Assembly (NCBI GenBank): GCA_034780895.1
Contig: JAUZTB010000087.1
Location: forward strand, 6,091,264 to 6,155,263
Direction of reading: 5' to 3'
Length of the DNA stretch: 64,000 nucleotides
DNA from: Rhynchobatus australiae
Lineage: Eukaryota
A program made the translations under genes and the position numbers. Of the stretch, positions 63,298-64,000 are shown piece by piece; within the stretch, counting starts at the first letter, position 1; each line of letters begins with the position of its first letter. Under the pieces are notes generated by a model. That model searched no databases. It was not told the origin of the DNA and saw only the letters and a program-made list of their open reading frames with translations.

Positions 63298-63919
63298 AGA
63301 TTCTTTGGATTGCAAATCTTTCAGACTGGNNNNNNNNNNNNNNNNNNNNNNNNNNNNNNNNNNNNNNNNNNNNNNNNNNNNNNNNNNNNNNNNNNNNNNN
63401 NNNNNNNNNNNNNNNNNNNNNNNNNNNNNNNNNNNNNNNNNNNNNNNNNNNNNNNNNNNNNNNNNNNNNNNNNNNNNNNNNNNNNNNNNNNNNNNNNNNN
63501 NNNNNNNNNNNNNNNNNNNNNNNNNNNNNNNNNNNNNNNNNNNNNNNNNNNNNNNNNNNNNNNNNNNNNNNNNNNNNNNNNNNNNNNTTGGATTCAGTGG
63601 TGATGCAGATTTCGTATAGAATGTCTCTGAAATATTATTACCATTGTTTGCTCTTGAAGAATAGCATTTCGAAATTTGGTCAAGTTGTATAAGATCCTTG
63701 CAATACTCAACCCCAGGAAGAAGATATTTTTTGATCAAACGTTAAATTTTATTTTTTAAAGTTGGAATCTTTCTGCATCTTCCTTGTCCCATCCTAAAGA
63801 AAAGTTCCAGCATGAAAACTTTAAGCACTGCCTTCAAGAATGGAAAATGAATCACCAGGCAAACACTGTGCCCATTTATAGAGTATCTAATTAACTCTGT
63901 ACTGCAGAATGATTCATTC

Positions 63920-64000
63920 ACTTGGTACTGGTTTGTTCTTGTCACTTGTACCGAGGTACAGTGAAAAACTTGTCTTGCATATCATTCGTACAGGTCAATT
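63920..64000 (-). mobile_element. 3' tail of another Rex1/Babar-like copy (runs off the window)
   Basis: TTGTCACTTGTACCGAGGTACAGTGAAAAACTTGTCTTGCAT matches 37340-37380. Confidence 0.7.

Noticed and set aside
47049-64000. Search for constant exon 3 or another gene
   Set aside because: No ORF with protocadherin-like or other recognisable non-TE coding signal was found; short ORFs here are random or repeat-derived. The exon probably lies beyond the window or in a gap.

Overview
Eukaryotic (vertebrate) genomic DNA from a draft assembly with many N gaps. The repeat content (CR1 LINEs, an HE1/V-SINE-like tRNA SINE, Deu-type SINEs, Penelope and Rex/Babar fragments) suggests a cartilaginous fish; this is inference. 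The window covers the 3' part of a clustered protocadherin (cPcdh) locus on the + strand. Bases ~1.2-29.3 kb hold seven tandem ~2.3-2.5 kb variable exons (V1-V7). Each encodes a signal peptide, six cadherin repeats, a transmembrane helix and a variable cytoplasmic segment, and each has its own copy of a conserved promoter cassette. Five end in a phase-0 GAG|GTGAG donor, V2 lacks it and V7 appears to have shifted it. The remaining ~35 kb is repeat-rich intron with one recognisable shared constant exon (46819-47048), which resembles mammalian Pcdh-alpha constant exon 2 but is expanded by a 12-unit tetrapeptide repeat. Constant exon 1 was not found (possibly in an N gap) and constant exon 3 was not seen. 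The main unexplained signals are an out-of-frame upstream AUG at exactly -16 in all seven variable exons, a promoter with an inverted CCAAT-box pair spaced ~20 or ~30 bp and no obvious CGCT/CTCF CSE, and a codon-invariant 13-14 bp element inside EC1 of every exon.
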